Positions 41,578 to 55,089 of a stretch of DNA of 64,000 nt are shown piece after piece. Location: contig OX597821.1 of assembly GCA_951406725.2 (NCBI GenBank), forward strand, positions 65,224,001-65,288,000. The letters run 5' to 3'. Position numbers and translations under genes: made by a program. The stretch comes from Octopus vulgaris (lineage: Eukaryota). Numbering within the stretch: the first letter of the stretch is position 1; the number at the start of each line of letters is the position of its first letter. Under the pieces are notes generated by a model. The model was not told the origin of the DNA, did not search any database, and was given only the letters and a program-made list of their open reading frames with translations.

Positions 41578-42546
41578 TCAGTAGTAGTGGTAGGCGGAGG
41601 AGGAGTAGGATGAGGAGGGGAGGAGGGGAGGAGGGGGAGGAGGGGGGGAGGAGGAGGAAGGGGAGAATGGAAGAAGGAGAGAGAGGAGGGGAAGAGGAGG
41701 GAGAGGAGGAGGTGGACAATGATAACGCTAATCCTTTCTACTACAGGTACAAGGTCTGAAATTTTGGCGGATTGAGTTAGTCGATTACAATGACACCAGT
41801 ACTCACATGGTGATTATTTACCGACCTCCCCCCCCCCCCAAAGAAGTTAAGAGGTAAAAATCAACCTCGGCGGAATTTGAACTCAGAACGTAAAGAATGA
41901 TGATGAGAATGATGATGATGATCATGATGACGATGATGATGATGATGATGATGATATTCATCATCATCATCATCATCATCGTGATCACGATGATGATTTT
42001 TCTAATTGGCATAAATCTACAAATTTGGAGGCACTGATACGTATAGAGAAATATCAAAATGAGTTCTTTATCTGGTAATTCTATTTGACCTCTCCGAAAA
42101 TCTCCAACAGTATTTCTAACACGGCCCCCGTGTTTACGTCCCCGTAACTCTAGCGGTTCGGCAAAAGATATCGATAGAATAAGTACTAGGCTTTAAAAGA
42201 ATTTGTACTGGGGTCGATACATTCAACTAAAAATTCTCTGACATGGTGCCCCAGCATGGCCGCAATCTTAAAGATAAGAGACAAAAGATAAATTCATTAA
42301 AGTCAGTAAATAAGCGTGCATAATGTATATTCGTGATGACATATTTTTCTTTTAACTCGGAGTATATGTTTTACTCGGAGTATATGTTAAAACACGTGAT
42401 TTGGTGGTTAAGGGGCTGCTCTTACGATCGCAAGATAGCGGTTTCGATTCTTTAACCGGGCGTTGCGGTGTGTACTTAAGTAAAATGCCTGATTTCACGC
42501 TGCCTCTGTCCACTCAGCTGTAAATAAGTCACCCTACGACGGAATG

Positions 42547-42860
42547 GGTGGACGCACATGGCCTAGTGGTTACAGCAGTGGACTCGCAGTCGAGGGATCA
42601 TGGGTTCGAATCTCAGACCGGGCGTTGTATGTGTTTATGAGCGAAACACTTAAGCTCCACGCGGCTCCAGCAGAAGGTAATGGCGAACCTCTGCTGACTC
42701 TTTCACTACAACTTTCTTTCACTCTTTCCTCCTGCGTCTAGGAGCTCACCTGCGATGGACCGGCGTCCCGTCCGGTGGGGAATCTATACGCCAATAAAAC
42801 CGGAAAACCGGCCCTTATGAGCCAGGAATGGCTCGAGAAGGAGGAAGCAACAACAACAAC
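42547..42860 (+). mobile_element. SINE S3 (body A, tail X), preceded by a body-B copy at about 42392-42543
   Basis: A box TGGCCTAGTGG, B box GGTTCGAATC; (CAA)n end. Confidence 0.85.
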
Positions 42861-43202
42861 ACGACGGAATGGCGTGATATCAAGCACTTGTACAACACGG
42901 ACCCTGTGCGTACTAAGACTCGACACAGTGCTTACTTACTCAGTGGAAAGACTCAGGACGGCTTTCAAGGGCCTCCGACACTGATAAGATGAATAGAGGA
43001 ACTCACAGAACTTACTGTTAAGCCAGAGGTTTCGTATGAAATCTTGCAACACAGTGAACTACTAAAAGCTTCCAAGCACCGGATGGTCTAGTTAGACCAA
43101 GTGGTGAATTAAATTTATTCAAGAACAGTACTACTCAACCAATAGGCTTCAATACTGCTCTTATCAACCAAATTTGCCTAAAACGTCCTCCATTTATGTT
43201 CA

Positions 43203-43374
43203 GGTGCAGGAATGGCTGTATGGTAAGTAGCTTGCTTACCAACCACATAGTTTGGGGTTCAGTCCCACTGCGTGGCACCTTGGAGAAGTATCTTCTACTA
43301 TAGCTTCGGGCCGACCAAAAGCCTTGTGAGTGGATTTAGTAGTCGGGAACTAAAAGAAGACCGTCGTATATATG

Positions 43375-43446
<72 letters not shown>

Positions 43447-43648
43447 TGTGTCTGCGTTTGTCCCCCAACATCGCTTGACAACCGATGCTGGTGTGTTTAC
43501 GTCCCCGTAACTTAGCGGTTCGGCAAAAGGGAATCGATAGAATAAGTACTAGGCTTACAAAGAATAAGTCCTGGGGTCGATTTGTTCGACTAAAGGCGGT
43601 GCTCCAGCATGGCCGTAGTCAAATGACTGAAACAAGTAAAAGAGTAAA
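43203..43648 (+). mobile_element. SINE S2
   Basis: Full-length with internal (TA)n(TG)n. Confidence 0.85.
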
Positions 43649-44239
43649 AAGCATTTATGCAAGTTGAGATCGAACCAGAAACCACATAGATGCGAGGTTT
43701 ACTCCTTAACCACTCGCAGTTGAACCACCTGGATGGATTACTTGCAGAGGCCTTTGTGGAATGATGCATAATTAATTGCCGCCTCTACTACGGAGCCTGC
43801 TGCTTACTTAAGATTTTGTTACTGGTATCGCTGATTCTGTTGTTTCTGGTATTGTTTCAGCTGTGTTTACGTATAACATTTCTGCCACTGAAGTTGCTAC
43901 TCTCAACAACAAACACGCTGATTTGCTGTTAATTTACGACATATTCTAAAAATTGAATAAATGTAGCATAATGGATAGTTATGTAGTTTTGGGATGATGG
44001 AGGTATGCGTGCTTGTGTGAGTGGGTTTTTTTATTTTTATGACTTTGTTTATAGATGTATATCTACGGAGGAGTATGGTACAAAGACCATGATTAGAGAG
44101 GACGTGGTGTTTGTGTGTGTGTTTGTGTTTGCATGTGTACAGGCTTATCTATGTATACGAATATGGTACAAAAGTATGCTTGTCTATGGTCTATGTCTAT
44201 GTTATATATATTTATTTAACACCCTAGCGAGAGCTCGCA

Positions 44240-44278
<39 letters not shown>

Positions 44279-44976
44279 GCTGGAGCATGTGTTGTCAAAG
44301 TGTATGTATATGTGTGTGTCTACGTGCATTATGAATATGAGGGTATGTCTGTATAAGTCCGTAAATATGTGTGTATGTACTCTCTTGTGTTCGATGTGCT
44401 ACCATTGCATACTTACGGTTGTTATACGCATGCATATGAACATGCAAGCACACACACACGTACACATACTCACGTATGCACGCACGCACATAATTGATTA
44501 AGGAGAGAATTAGCTTACGCGAGATGTAGTTTGGGCTTGTACCAGAAAGTAAAAAACCACCCATAGACAATATCGAGTAAAACAAGTACAGAAGTTTCTA
44601 GTTAATCATTCATTCTAGCTAGCATTCATTGAGACGGAGAATGCCTTTGACAGAGCACGAAGCTCTGTAATCTTATGGCTGCTAGGAAAACTAATGCTGG
44701 TGTCGCTGGTGAGAATTATTCAAACCATGAGAAGAGATATCGTCAGCATCGAGAGAGTCAGTGATGAGTTTTTGCAAGAAATTTAGTGTGCAACCTAATG
44801 TTCCTCGGTGTTAAGTCTTCGGTCTGCTCTCACGTTCATTATAAATCTGATCATAACAGAAGATTTACAGATTGGATTTCTGTGGCAACTTTAGAATACG
44901 TGTGACTCAGTTCTCATTGATGAAAATGTAGAGCATTAAGGAAACAATTTCCATACGTGGAAACAAAGTAAATCTA

Positions 44977-45193
44977 CGAGTGCGTGCTGAAAATTTCCTG
45001 GCTTTAAGGGTATCGCGAAAGGCCTGGTTAGAGGTCTAACCTTCCAAGTTCTTTTACAGGGCTTAGAAAAACTGAAGGACCACTGCAATAAGTGCGGGAA
45101 TCTGCGAGGAGAATATGTTGAACAAAATGGTAGTTAATTGATCCTCCTGTATTTTCTTTTACTCAAAGCCAGGAACTTTTCAGCGCCTCCTTG
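44977..45193 (+). mobile_element. Mariner-derived MITE
   Basis: About 29-bp TIRs (GCTGAAAATTTCCTGGCTTT / AAAGCCAGGAACTTTTCAGC), TA on both flanks; internal QGLEKLKDHCNKCGNLRGEYVE is a mariner C-terminus. Confidence 0.85.
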
Positions 45194-45262
45194 TAGGAAA
45201 GATTAAAAGAGGCAAACAAGGAATAGGTAAAGATGCTGTATTCTATGTAATCTATGGATATA

Positions 45263-45341
45263 CAGTAATCCCTCGACTATCACGGGTGTTACCTTCCAAA
45301 ATCCGCCGCGATAGGTGAAAATCCGCGAAGTAGAAACAGTA

Positions 45342-45403
<62 letters not shown>

Positions 45404-45534
45404 CTGTAATTTATATATATTGATTTTATTATAAATGCAAAACAACACTACAGAGGAATTGACGTAAGCTTAAATAATAAACCGCAAATAGATGAACCGC
45501 AATAGGTGAACTGCGATATGGCGAGGGATTACTG
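45263..45534. mobile_element. Pogo/Tigger-like MITE with internal (TA)n
   Basis: TIRs CAGTAATCCCTCG / CGAGGGATTACTG; TA on the left flank. Confidence 0.8.
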
Positions 45535-46589
45535 AAGTATAAGAAGTGTAATGTACTCACAATTAGGTTGAGAGTGAACTAGCAAATCATATGTTGCAAA
45601 TGTATAAAAACAGCTTACAGCAAGGGAACCCATGAAAAAATTGTTCCAGACACTGGCAAGTCTTTCCAAACGTGTTATTTTGATGTTTTATTTAGAAATA
45701 GAAGTGGAAGTTTCCAAACCTTACCAAAAACAGGATGACTCAGATCAGAAAGCGACTGCCTCTGCTGGCAGCATAAGGATACTCTCTGCCTATAGGAAAA
45801 ATCTCTTCGATGACCTATGCTCCCTTGGGAGCGAAAGGTTTAGTAAATGCATATGAAGTACCCAGCCTTAATACGCGCATGCTCCTATCTAAATTAGAAA
45901 ATTAAAATCTTTCCTAGTTTCAGTTGATATTGGTTTCAAATTTTGTCACAAGGCCAGCAGTTCTGGGGAGGGAATATACCGATTACAATGACCCCAGGTG
46001 AAGAAATATTCATTCATATCTGAGCATTTATATCTGTCATACTGATTCTACATTGAGAATTGAATGAGGAACATACGAGTTGGAGATAATACTCATCACC
46101 TAGCATGATATTTCGAGTAGCAATTGTCCAATTTGATCGAATAGCTGGACTCCCACAGGTCGAAATCGACGGGAGATCACGAATCCAGCACTGCAACTAC
46201 TACCGCTACATTAACAACACCAACACTAACAACACCAACACTACGTGCGGTACCACGACACTCGAGACAACGAAGTTGCCTTTTCGAGTTCCGTCGACTT
46301 GGTAGCAAAAAAACAGACTCAATCATTTTTGAATCTTACTGACATCCATCTTGGAAAAGGATATGTTGGACAATAAGTCTTGGATATAGGAGAATGATGG
46401 AAAGATTAGGTGGTCGCGGTTGGCATACCGTTGATCATAGTTCTGCTTGATCAGAGCTGATTAGATGGGGAGGGTATAATAAACTAACAAGAGCATCAAC
46501 GTATTACTGGTACTTCTTTCACCATTAGTGTTACTTCTTTTACCGCTTCTCAGATTGCAGCCAACATGTCTCCACCGCCACTAACGCTA

Positions 46590-47440
46590 TTTCATACCAC
46601 CACTACCACCATCAGCACTACCACCACCATCACCAGCATCATCATCACCACTATCACCATCACGAATACCACCACCACCACAACTACTACCATCATCGCC
46701 AACACTACCACCACCACAACTATCACCACTACTACGACCATTACCACTACCATTACCACCACCATCACCACCACTACTACCACCACCACCACCACACACC
46801 ATCACCACTAACACCATAGAACCACTATCACCACTACCACCATCACCACCACCACCACCATTACCACTACCACCATTACCCAAACCACCATCACCATCAC
46901 CACCTCTACTACCACCACCATCACCAGCACCAGCACCAGTACCACCACTACCACCACATCACCACTATCACCACTACCACCATCACCACCACCATCACCA
47001 TCAACACCACCACTAACAACACCACCATCACCACTACCAGTAGCATCACAACCACCACCAACACCACCACCAACACCACCACCAACACCACCAGCACCAC
47101 TAACACCAGCACCACCATCGCCACTAACACCGCTACCAATCTCATCACTACATCACCACCACCACCATCACAAACACCACCAATACCACCATCTTTGTAC
47201 TATTATCATCGCTAATATCACCCTCACCACACCTCTAACATTACCATATTTCTCCACCCCACCACCTCCCGCACTATTATTATACTACCACTATCACCGC
47301 TACCACCACCATCGCCACCAACGACACCACGTTTTCGCCACTATCATCACTCCACCACTTCCACCACCACCACAACCATTCTCCCCTATCACCACCACCC
47401 TCTCATACAACCGCCACCACGACTACGACCCTCACCACCC
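46590..47440. repeat. Degenerate (ACC/ACT/ATC)n low-complexity tract
   Basis: Long imperfect trinucleotide array; similar tracts at 16880-17160 and 35000-35435. Confidence 0.85.
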
Positions 47441-47927
47441 CTCTACGTGTGAGTACGGAATGCAACACCCATCTCAAATATCGCTGCAAAGCTTGAGAAA
47501 AATCGGCAATTCTCACGTTTGGTTGTTGTTGTTGTTGTTATTTAAGCTGACCTTGATTCGATCTTAGACGGCTGGCTTCTCGCCTCTAATGGGAACCGTT
47601 TACTATGTCGCTTGGGAATAGATTCTACTCTTACTCACCAATGAACCTACTTCCCCTCTTTCCTCATCACTAGGTTGGCTTCATCGTCATCCGGGATTTC
47701 AGATAGCATATTTGCGATAAGGTGATGTAATCACAGCGCGCGCACAGACTCACACAAGCACACACACACACACACGCTCACACACACACACACCCTGCAT
47801 ATGTATACATGTAGACACATTTATACATATATATGCATATATATATATATATACATGTATATATATATATAAGAATAAATATATATACATGTATAATATA
47901 TATATATATATATACTATATATATGTA

Positions 47928-47965
<38 letters not shown>

Positions 47966-47989
47966 TATATATGTATGTATATATATATA

Positions 47990-48370
<381 letters not shown>

Positions 48371-48450
48371 CATACATACTATACGTATATATATGTATAT
48401 GCATATATATATGCATATATTATATATATATATGCACCATATGTAAATAT

Positions 48451-48834
48451 GTGGAGGCGCAATGGCCCAGTGGTTAGGGCAGCGGACTCGCGGTCATAGG
48501 ATTGCGGTTTCGATTCCCAGACCGGGCGTTGTGAGTGTTTATTGAGCGAAAACACCTAAAGCTCCACGAAGCTCCGGCAGGGGATGGTGGTGATCCCTGC
48601 TGAACTCTTTCACCACAACTTTCTCTCACTCTTACTTCCTGTTTCTGTTGTACCTGTATTTCAAAGGGCCGGCCTTGTCACTCTCCGTGTCACGCTGAAT
48701 ATCCCCGAGAACTACGTTAAGGGTACACGTGTCTGTGGAGTGCTCAGCCACTTACACGTTAATTTCACGAGCAGGCTGTTCCGTTGATTCGGATCAACCG
48801 GAACCCTCGTCGTCGTAACCGACGGAGTGCTTCC
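48451..48834 (+). mobile_element. SINE S3 (body A, tail Y), full length
   Basis: A box TGGCCCAGTGG, B box GTTTCGATTCC; 10-bp TSD ATGTAAATAT at 48441-48450 and 48835-48844. Confidence 0.9.
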
Positions 48835-48911
48835 ATGTAAATATATACATATATTATATATTATATACATATATATATATACACAAACACACACATATAT
48901 AATATACACTG

Positions 48912-48942
<31 letters not shown>

Positions 48943-49282
48943 CATAATATATATTATATATATATTGTATATAATATATATGATATAATATAAATATATA
49001 TGGATATATATACAGACGTTAGGAGGACACATACGTAGATACATACATGCATGCATACATACATATGTATATGTTCATGCGTATATAATTACATGCATGC
49101 ATGTGTATATCCGCATACATACACAAGGACAACATAAAACGCGCACAGACAGACATTATAATCATTGATGTTATCACACCTAATATGCTAATCATACACA
49201 CGCATTAACATTCGCAAATATATATATATATATATTTACATACACACATTCAATTATCTACATATTCATGTGTGTATGTATA

Positions 49283-50273
49283 TCTATTATATAAAATCCG
49301 TTCTGTCTCTTTGTGTGTGTGTCTTCTAGGATCTCGGACATCCTCCATCCGATTGCGCTTGAATTTGATATGTAGATACCGACAGTATCAGGGCGTGTAT
49401 AAGTCTTGAAAAAATCGATTCCAGGTGAGAATGCGATCGATAAAGCCGTGTGAACGTGCATTTGTACGCGCAAGTACATCAGCTGTTGCGATCGATACCA
49501 TGCGTACGCGAGAAAAATGCACGCGCAGTTTGCACAAAAAAAGCCTGCTGGGGTTGAACCTCAGCACTCCCTGCTTTTCGCACGGACAACTATATGTGGG
49601 CTGTTCGAGGGTTGGCTGTTTGACAAACCTTTTCTACTACGCTCCAGACGGAGTAACAAGGAATGTGGTCTACAAGGCTGCGCTCCACTAGCTTTTCCAT
49701 GCCCTTGAACATCCCGCAAAGTGAGTTAGCTTAAAATTAGCTACTTAGTTCCCTGGGTTGTTGCTTTTCGTTAAAAAGAGTTGATTTCCTACATGTTTTA
49801 TCGGATAAACATATTATCGTCCCAGGTACGTTCTCGTAAATTCATCATGCTTTTCCATCTAGATTTACCTCTAGCTAACCCATTTGCATGCATCGTTTTT
49901 GCCCTACTTTTCTTCCGTCAACCTGTACATAACTGCACTCTCCATTTTTTGTTGTTTTTGTACTGCTTAAAGGCACGTTTCTTTCCTGCCTAGCTTACTG
50001 TTTAAACCATGTTTGTGTTCTCCCAGTCAACAGCCTTATCATTACTGGTACTTTAAACTCTTCCATTGCATATTTGTGTGAATAAAATTTTTTTTCTTTG
50101 GAATAGAAAAAAAGGCTATATTTATTTCTTCTTTTGCTGGTGTCTCAAATTTAGGTTAAATCAGTATTTCTCAAAGGGGAGTCCGATGGGACAGTCGGAC
50201 AAGTTGTTTTGAGAAAATCTGGTTTAGATGTTTGACAACTCAGCACCGTCCATTGGCGGGAGACGTTTTGCTC
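49283..50273 (+). mobile_element. Internally deleted Helitron retaining the Pif1-like helicase C-terminus
   Basis: Start A|TCTATTATATAAAA; LGLNLSTPCFSHGQLYVGCSRVG...TRNVVYKAALH* (about 49548-49691) is RepHel helicase motif VI; 3' end uncertain. Confidence 0.8.
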
Positions 50274-50413
50274 GTGTATATATATATATATATATATATA
50301 TATTCATCCATATTTCGTATGTTTGTGGGTATGTGTACCTGAGTATGTACGCACACGTGTATGCAACACACACAGGTACGCATACAGAAACATGCATACA
50401 TATATGTATAACA

Positions 50414-51328
<915 letters not shown>

Positions 51329-51417
51329 ATATTACTTACTACACACACACGCACATATATATCTATGTATTTATATATATAAATGTATGTATGTATGTAT
51401 GTATATATATATATATG

Positions 51418-51501
<84 letters not shown>

Positions 51502-51848
51502 GGTAAGATAACAAAAGAAAGAAAGAGACCTCAATATTATGTAAATAGAGGAAATTTATCTATACAATATGTTACATTACTCGGTAGTCAAGATAAAACT
51601 CTGAGTTTCAGATGCCGAAGTGGAAATCCACAACACCATCTCTTCGGTTATCTGGCTATTTGAAAACGTTATGAAAAAATACCGTTAAAAATGAAGGGAA
51701 ATTACTCTGTTATAACTCTGCTTTGCCTGCGTACTTATACATCGCTCGCATTTTTCGTCATAAAAATTATATAAAAATACATAAAAAATATATAAAAATA
51801 TATAAAAATATATAAAATCTTCTTGGGACATAACACAGAAAGCATGTT

Positions 51849-53012
51849 CTATCCGTTTTCTTTAGGGGACCAAAAACGTAACAGAAATTTAGTCACATGT
51901 GGGCATGATCCGAAAAGTTCTGTCCTTGTATTTAGACATGTGGTAGGGTCTAAGCTGCTTTTCCAGATAAGCCATCTCTCCATGTCGCATAAACCGCACC
52001 TTCCGCTGCCGTTAGTATAGGGCTTACATCTGGCCAAAATCTTCCATTGTATGTTATAATCGACACCTTTATCTCTTAAAGACCAAATATGATTGGATAA
52101 TTGTGTCGCTTTTCTTTTGTTCCAGTGCCTAAAGCTCAAAGTGTGGTTATTGAACCTGGCCTTGAAATTACCCTCTGTCAGGCCCACGTATTTCTTCGTC
52201 AAAACGGTGTCTTTAGTGGTTATAGAGTTTACGGTAGCCTCATATATGATGGTCTTGGACATGCAAGCTCCATTTAGCGGGCACAATTCTTTATTCCTGC
52301 ATGAACAGCTGTTTTCTTCTTGTGTTTTTTGTATGTTATGATTGATTATGTTTTTAAAATTGGTAGTTGAACTAAAACTAATTTTTAAATTGTGTCTATT
52401 GAAGAGTTTCCTATAAGCATGGTTAACTGGAAAATGTCTATCTATCAGTGCTAGGAAATATTTACCTATATTGAAGGCCACCTCGGGTGAGTAAGGGGGC
52501 GTAAACCAGATGACCTTCCTATTTCTATTATTCCTTTTCTTTATTGTTGGGCTGGTGATAGGTGTATATTTTATTTTTTCGCTAAAACCACTATCTTTTA
52601 AAGCTTTATTATAAACTGGGGCAACGCTATTGAAGATGTCCTCATTAGATGAGAGGCTAGAAATCCTCTTACTAATATTTTTAACTAAATTTTTGAATAC
52701 TATAGGGGGATGGCATGAACCTACATTAATATAACTTAGTCTATCATTGGGCTTCCTATAAGGCTTATAAATATTATTATTAAGATCTAAGGAAACGTCT
52801 AAGAAATTGACAACCGTCAGGTTAGTGTCTATAGTTATACTAAGTCCGAAGTGTTTCATTAACTGGATAATATCCTTCCTAAAACGATCTTGTGCTGGTC
52901 CATTTGTATTAGCTGTTAAGGCGAGGGCATCATCTTTGTAGATGGCGAAATGTACGTTAGGGAATGTCTTACTGAAGGTATCTAGGAGAAAGAGTCCAAT
53001 TAGATCACAGAT
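51849..53012 (-). CDS. PLE reverse transcriptase (C-terminal half) plus GIY-YIG endonuclease, 5'-truncated; Naiad-like
   Basis: Open frame ICDLIGLFLL...YKDD (52929-52940)...VNFLDV...YRKP; linker CSC-x5-C-x5-C; IIY...YVG...KARFNNH; C-terminal CGLC...LNTRTEL..SCPH. Confidence 0.92.
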   Translation of the reverse strand: MCDLIGLFLLDTFSKTFPNVHFAIYKDDALALTANTNGPAQDRFRKDIIQLMKHFGLSITIDTNLTVVNFLDVSLDLNNNIYKPYRKPNDRLSYINVGSCHPPIVFKNLVKNISKRISSLSSNEDIFNSVAPVYNKALKDSGFSEKIKYTPITSPTIKKRNNRNRKVIWFTPPYSPEVAFNIGKYFLALIDRHFPVNHAYRKLFNRHNLKISFSSTTNFKNIINHNIQKTQEENSCSCRNKELCPLNGACMSKTIIYEATVNSITTKDTVLTKKYVGLTEGNFKARFNNHTLSFRHWNKRKATQLSNHIWSLRDKGVDYNIQWKILARCKPYTNGSGRCGLCDMERWLIWKSSLDPTTCLNTRTELFGSCPHVTKFLLRFWSPKENG

Positions 53013-53250
53013 GTGACTAAATTTCTGTTACGTTTTTGGTCCCCTAAAGAAAACGGATAGAACATGCTTTCTGTGTTATGTCCCAAGAAGATTTTATATA
53101 TTTTTATATATTTTTATATATTTTTTATGTATTTTTATATAATTTTTATGACGAAAAATGCGAGCGATGTATAAGTACGCAGGCAAAGCAGAGTTATAAC
53201 AGAGTAATTTCCCTTCATTTTTAACGGTATTTTTTCATAACGTTTTCAAA

Positions 53251-53323
53251 TAGCCAGATAACCGAAGAGATGGTGTTGTGGATTTCACTTCGGCATCTGA
53301 AACTCAGAGTTTTATCTTGACTA
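53251..53323 (+). ncRNA. Variant type I hammerhead-like motif in the pseudo-LTR (second copy 51585-51658, minus strand)
   Basis: AGATAA-CCGAAGA-GATG...CATC-T-GAAA-CTCAGAG-TT-TTATCT. Confidence 0.7.
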
Positions 53324-53346
53324 CCGAGTAATGTAACATATTGTAT

Positions 53347-53400
<54 letters not shown>

Positions 53401-53962
53401 TATATAAATATATATGTGCAGATATACCAACCAAGCTTTTATCTAAACAAACACAATCGATGTATGTTTTCATTCAAAACACTCGCGTATACAAGACATA
53501 AGACATGTAGAAACTCGGAGACAAGAACAGACACGCAAGCCCTTGCACACACACACACACATATATTCACGAATCACATACATACACCCGCACATACATA
53601 TACACACAAATACAGACGCACATACATACACGGACACGCGCACACAGATGTGTATACACAAATGAAGAACTTGATATAGTGGCACCCACATATTCATTCA
53701 TATATTCACAAGCATATTTTGCCAAACCGATATATATATATATATATATATTTACATACCCCATCAAAACGTGCGTTCTGAAATGTCACTAGTACACACA
53801 CACACACACAGAGACTCACAAAAATACACAAACATACACACTCTCGTACACACACAACCACACATGCACATATAAATATGTACATGTGCAGAGATTCACA
53901 CACGCAATAACAAATCATATAAGCATACAAATACATACATGTACAGATACATGCACATACGC

Positions 53963-54012
<50 letters not shown>

Positions 54013-55089
54013 TGATACATACATACATACATGCATGCATACATACATACACACACACACATACATATATATTTATATATGCATGTATATATACACGCAC
54101 ACACACACAAACACACACACATACACACACCACACACACACGCGCGCGTGCGCGCACACATATATGTATATATATATTTGTCTTGTTTTACATTTGTTTA
54201 TTACGTTGTTCGCGAAAAATGTTCCTATTCCATGTTTCCGTTTTTCATGTTGTTTACGTTCTGTGAAGTCCTGTGTCCATATATGCATATGTATATACAT
54301 GTATATCTAAGTATGTAAATATATGTATGTATATATATTTATATATTTATGTATATGTATGTACATATATATATATAACCATTCCAACATACTTATACAG
54401 AAAAATTCACTCCAAAGGAAAGGCAAAAAATTTTAAGCGATTATCTCCCTTACACCGGAAGAAATCACTTATTACCTCCCTTTATCTGGAACTCTTCTCA
54501 ACATAAACATAACGATAACTCCTCTCAACGTAAACATGACGATGTAAGAAATTTGAAAAGCTGAACGCGAAACCGGTCATTTCTTCTAAACTATGTCATT
54601 GTGAGAAAAAAATTTATAACATTCTTCAGACATATTGACTCAAATATATATTTTTTAACCTTTTAAAACAAGCCTTCTGTAGTTTTTTTCTCTTTTTACT
54701 ATTTTCTATATATTCAACCACGTGCTTTCACAAACCAACTTTCTCATCTATATATATATATATATATATACATATATATACAGGATAATTGCTTTATCTT
54801 GACAGATGATAGCCTTCCTATCAACATACACACCACATCCTGTCACACAACACAATCATTTCGTAGATGAGCCCCTAGATGACTTTTAAGACCAGCTGCT
54901 GACTGATAGGTTTTGAAACACAAATGATAGATATTATTCATGTTTATTCTCTATCTTTGCCGTTTGGAATCTGATCCTGTAGAAATGTTTTTGTGAACTA
55001 GTATATGTCTTTTAAGTCCCGATATTGTCTTAAAAGTTTTATGACATAAGTCGTAAGTGACGGTTGGTGTCTAAGATCATTAATTATCT

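Larger units (their letters stand above)
51497..53351 (-). mobile_element. 5'-truncated Penelope-like element with inverted pseudo-LTR, inserted in (TA)n
   Basis: Near-identical ~340-bp inverted repeats 51557-51898 / 53011-53351; extra ~60-bp tail at the 3' end; uninterrupted RT-EN frame. Confidence 0.95.

Noticed and set aside
42860-43190. Possible CR1-like LINE 3' remnant (GFQGP)
   Set aside because: Too degenerate to call
48451-48525. tRNA gene
   Set aside because: A and B boxes are present but there is no complete cloverleaf, and it continues into SINE body and tail with a TSD
53140-53175. Possible SECIS (ATGA...GA) in the pseudo-LTR, since some Naiad PLEs encode selenoproteins
   Set aside because: Only 14 nt lie between ATGA and GA, too short for helix II plus apical loop, and the visible ORF has no in-frame TGA
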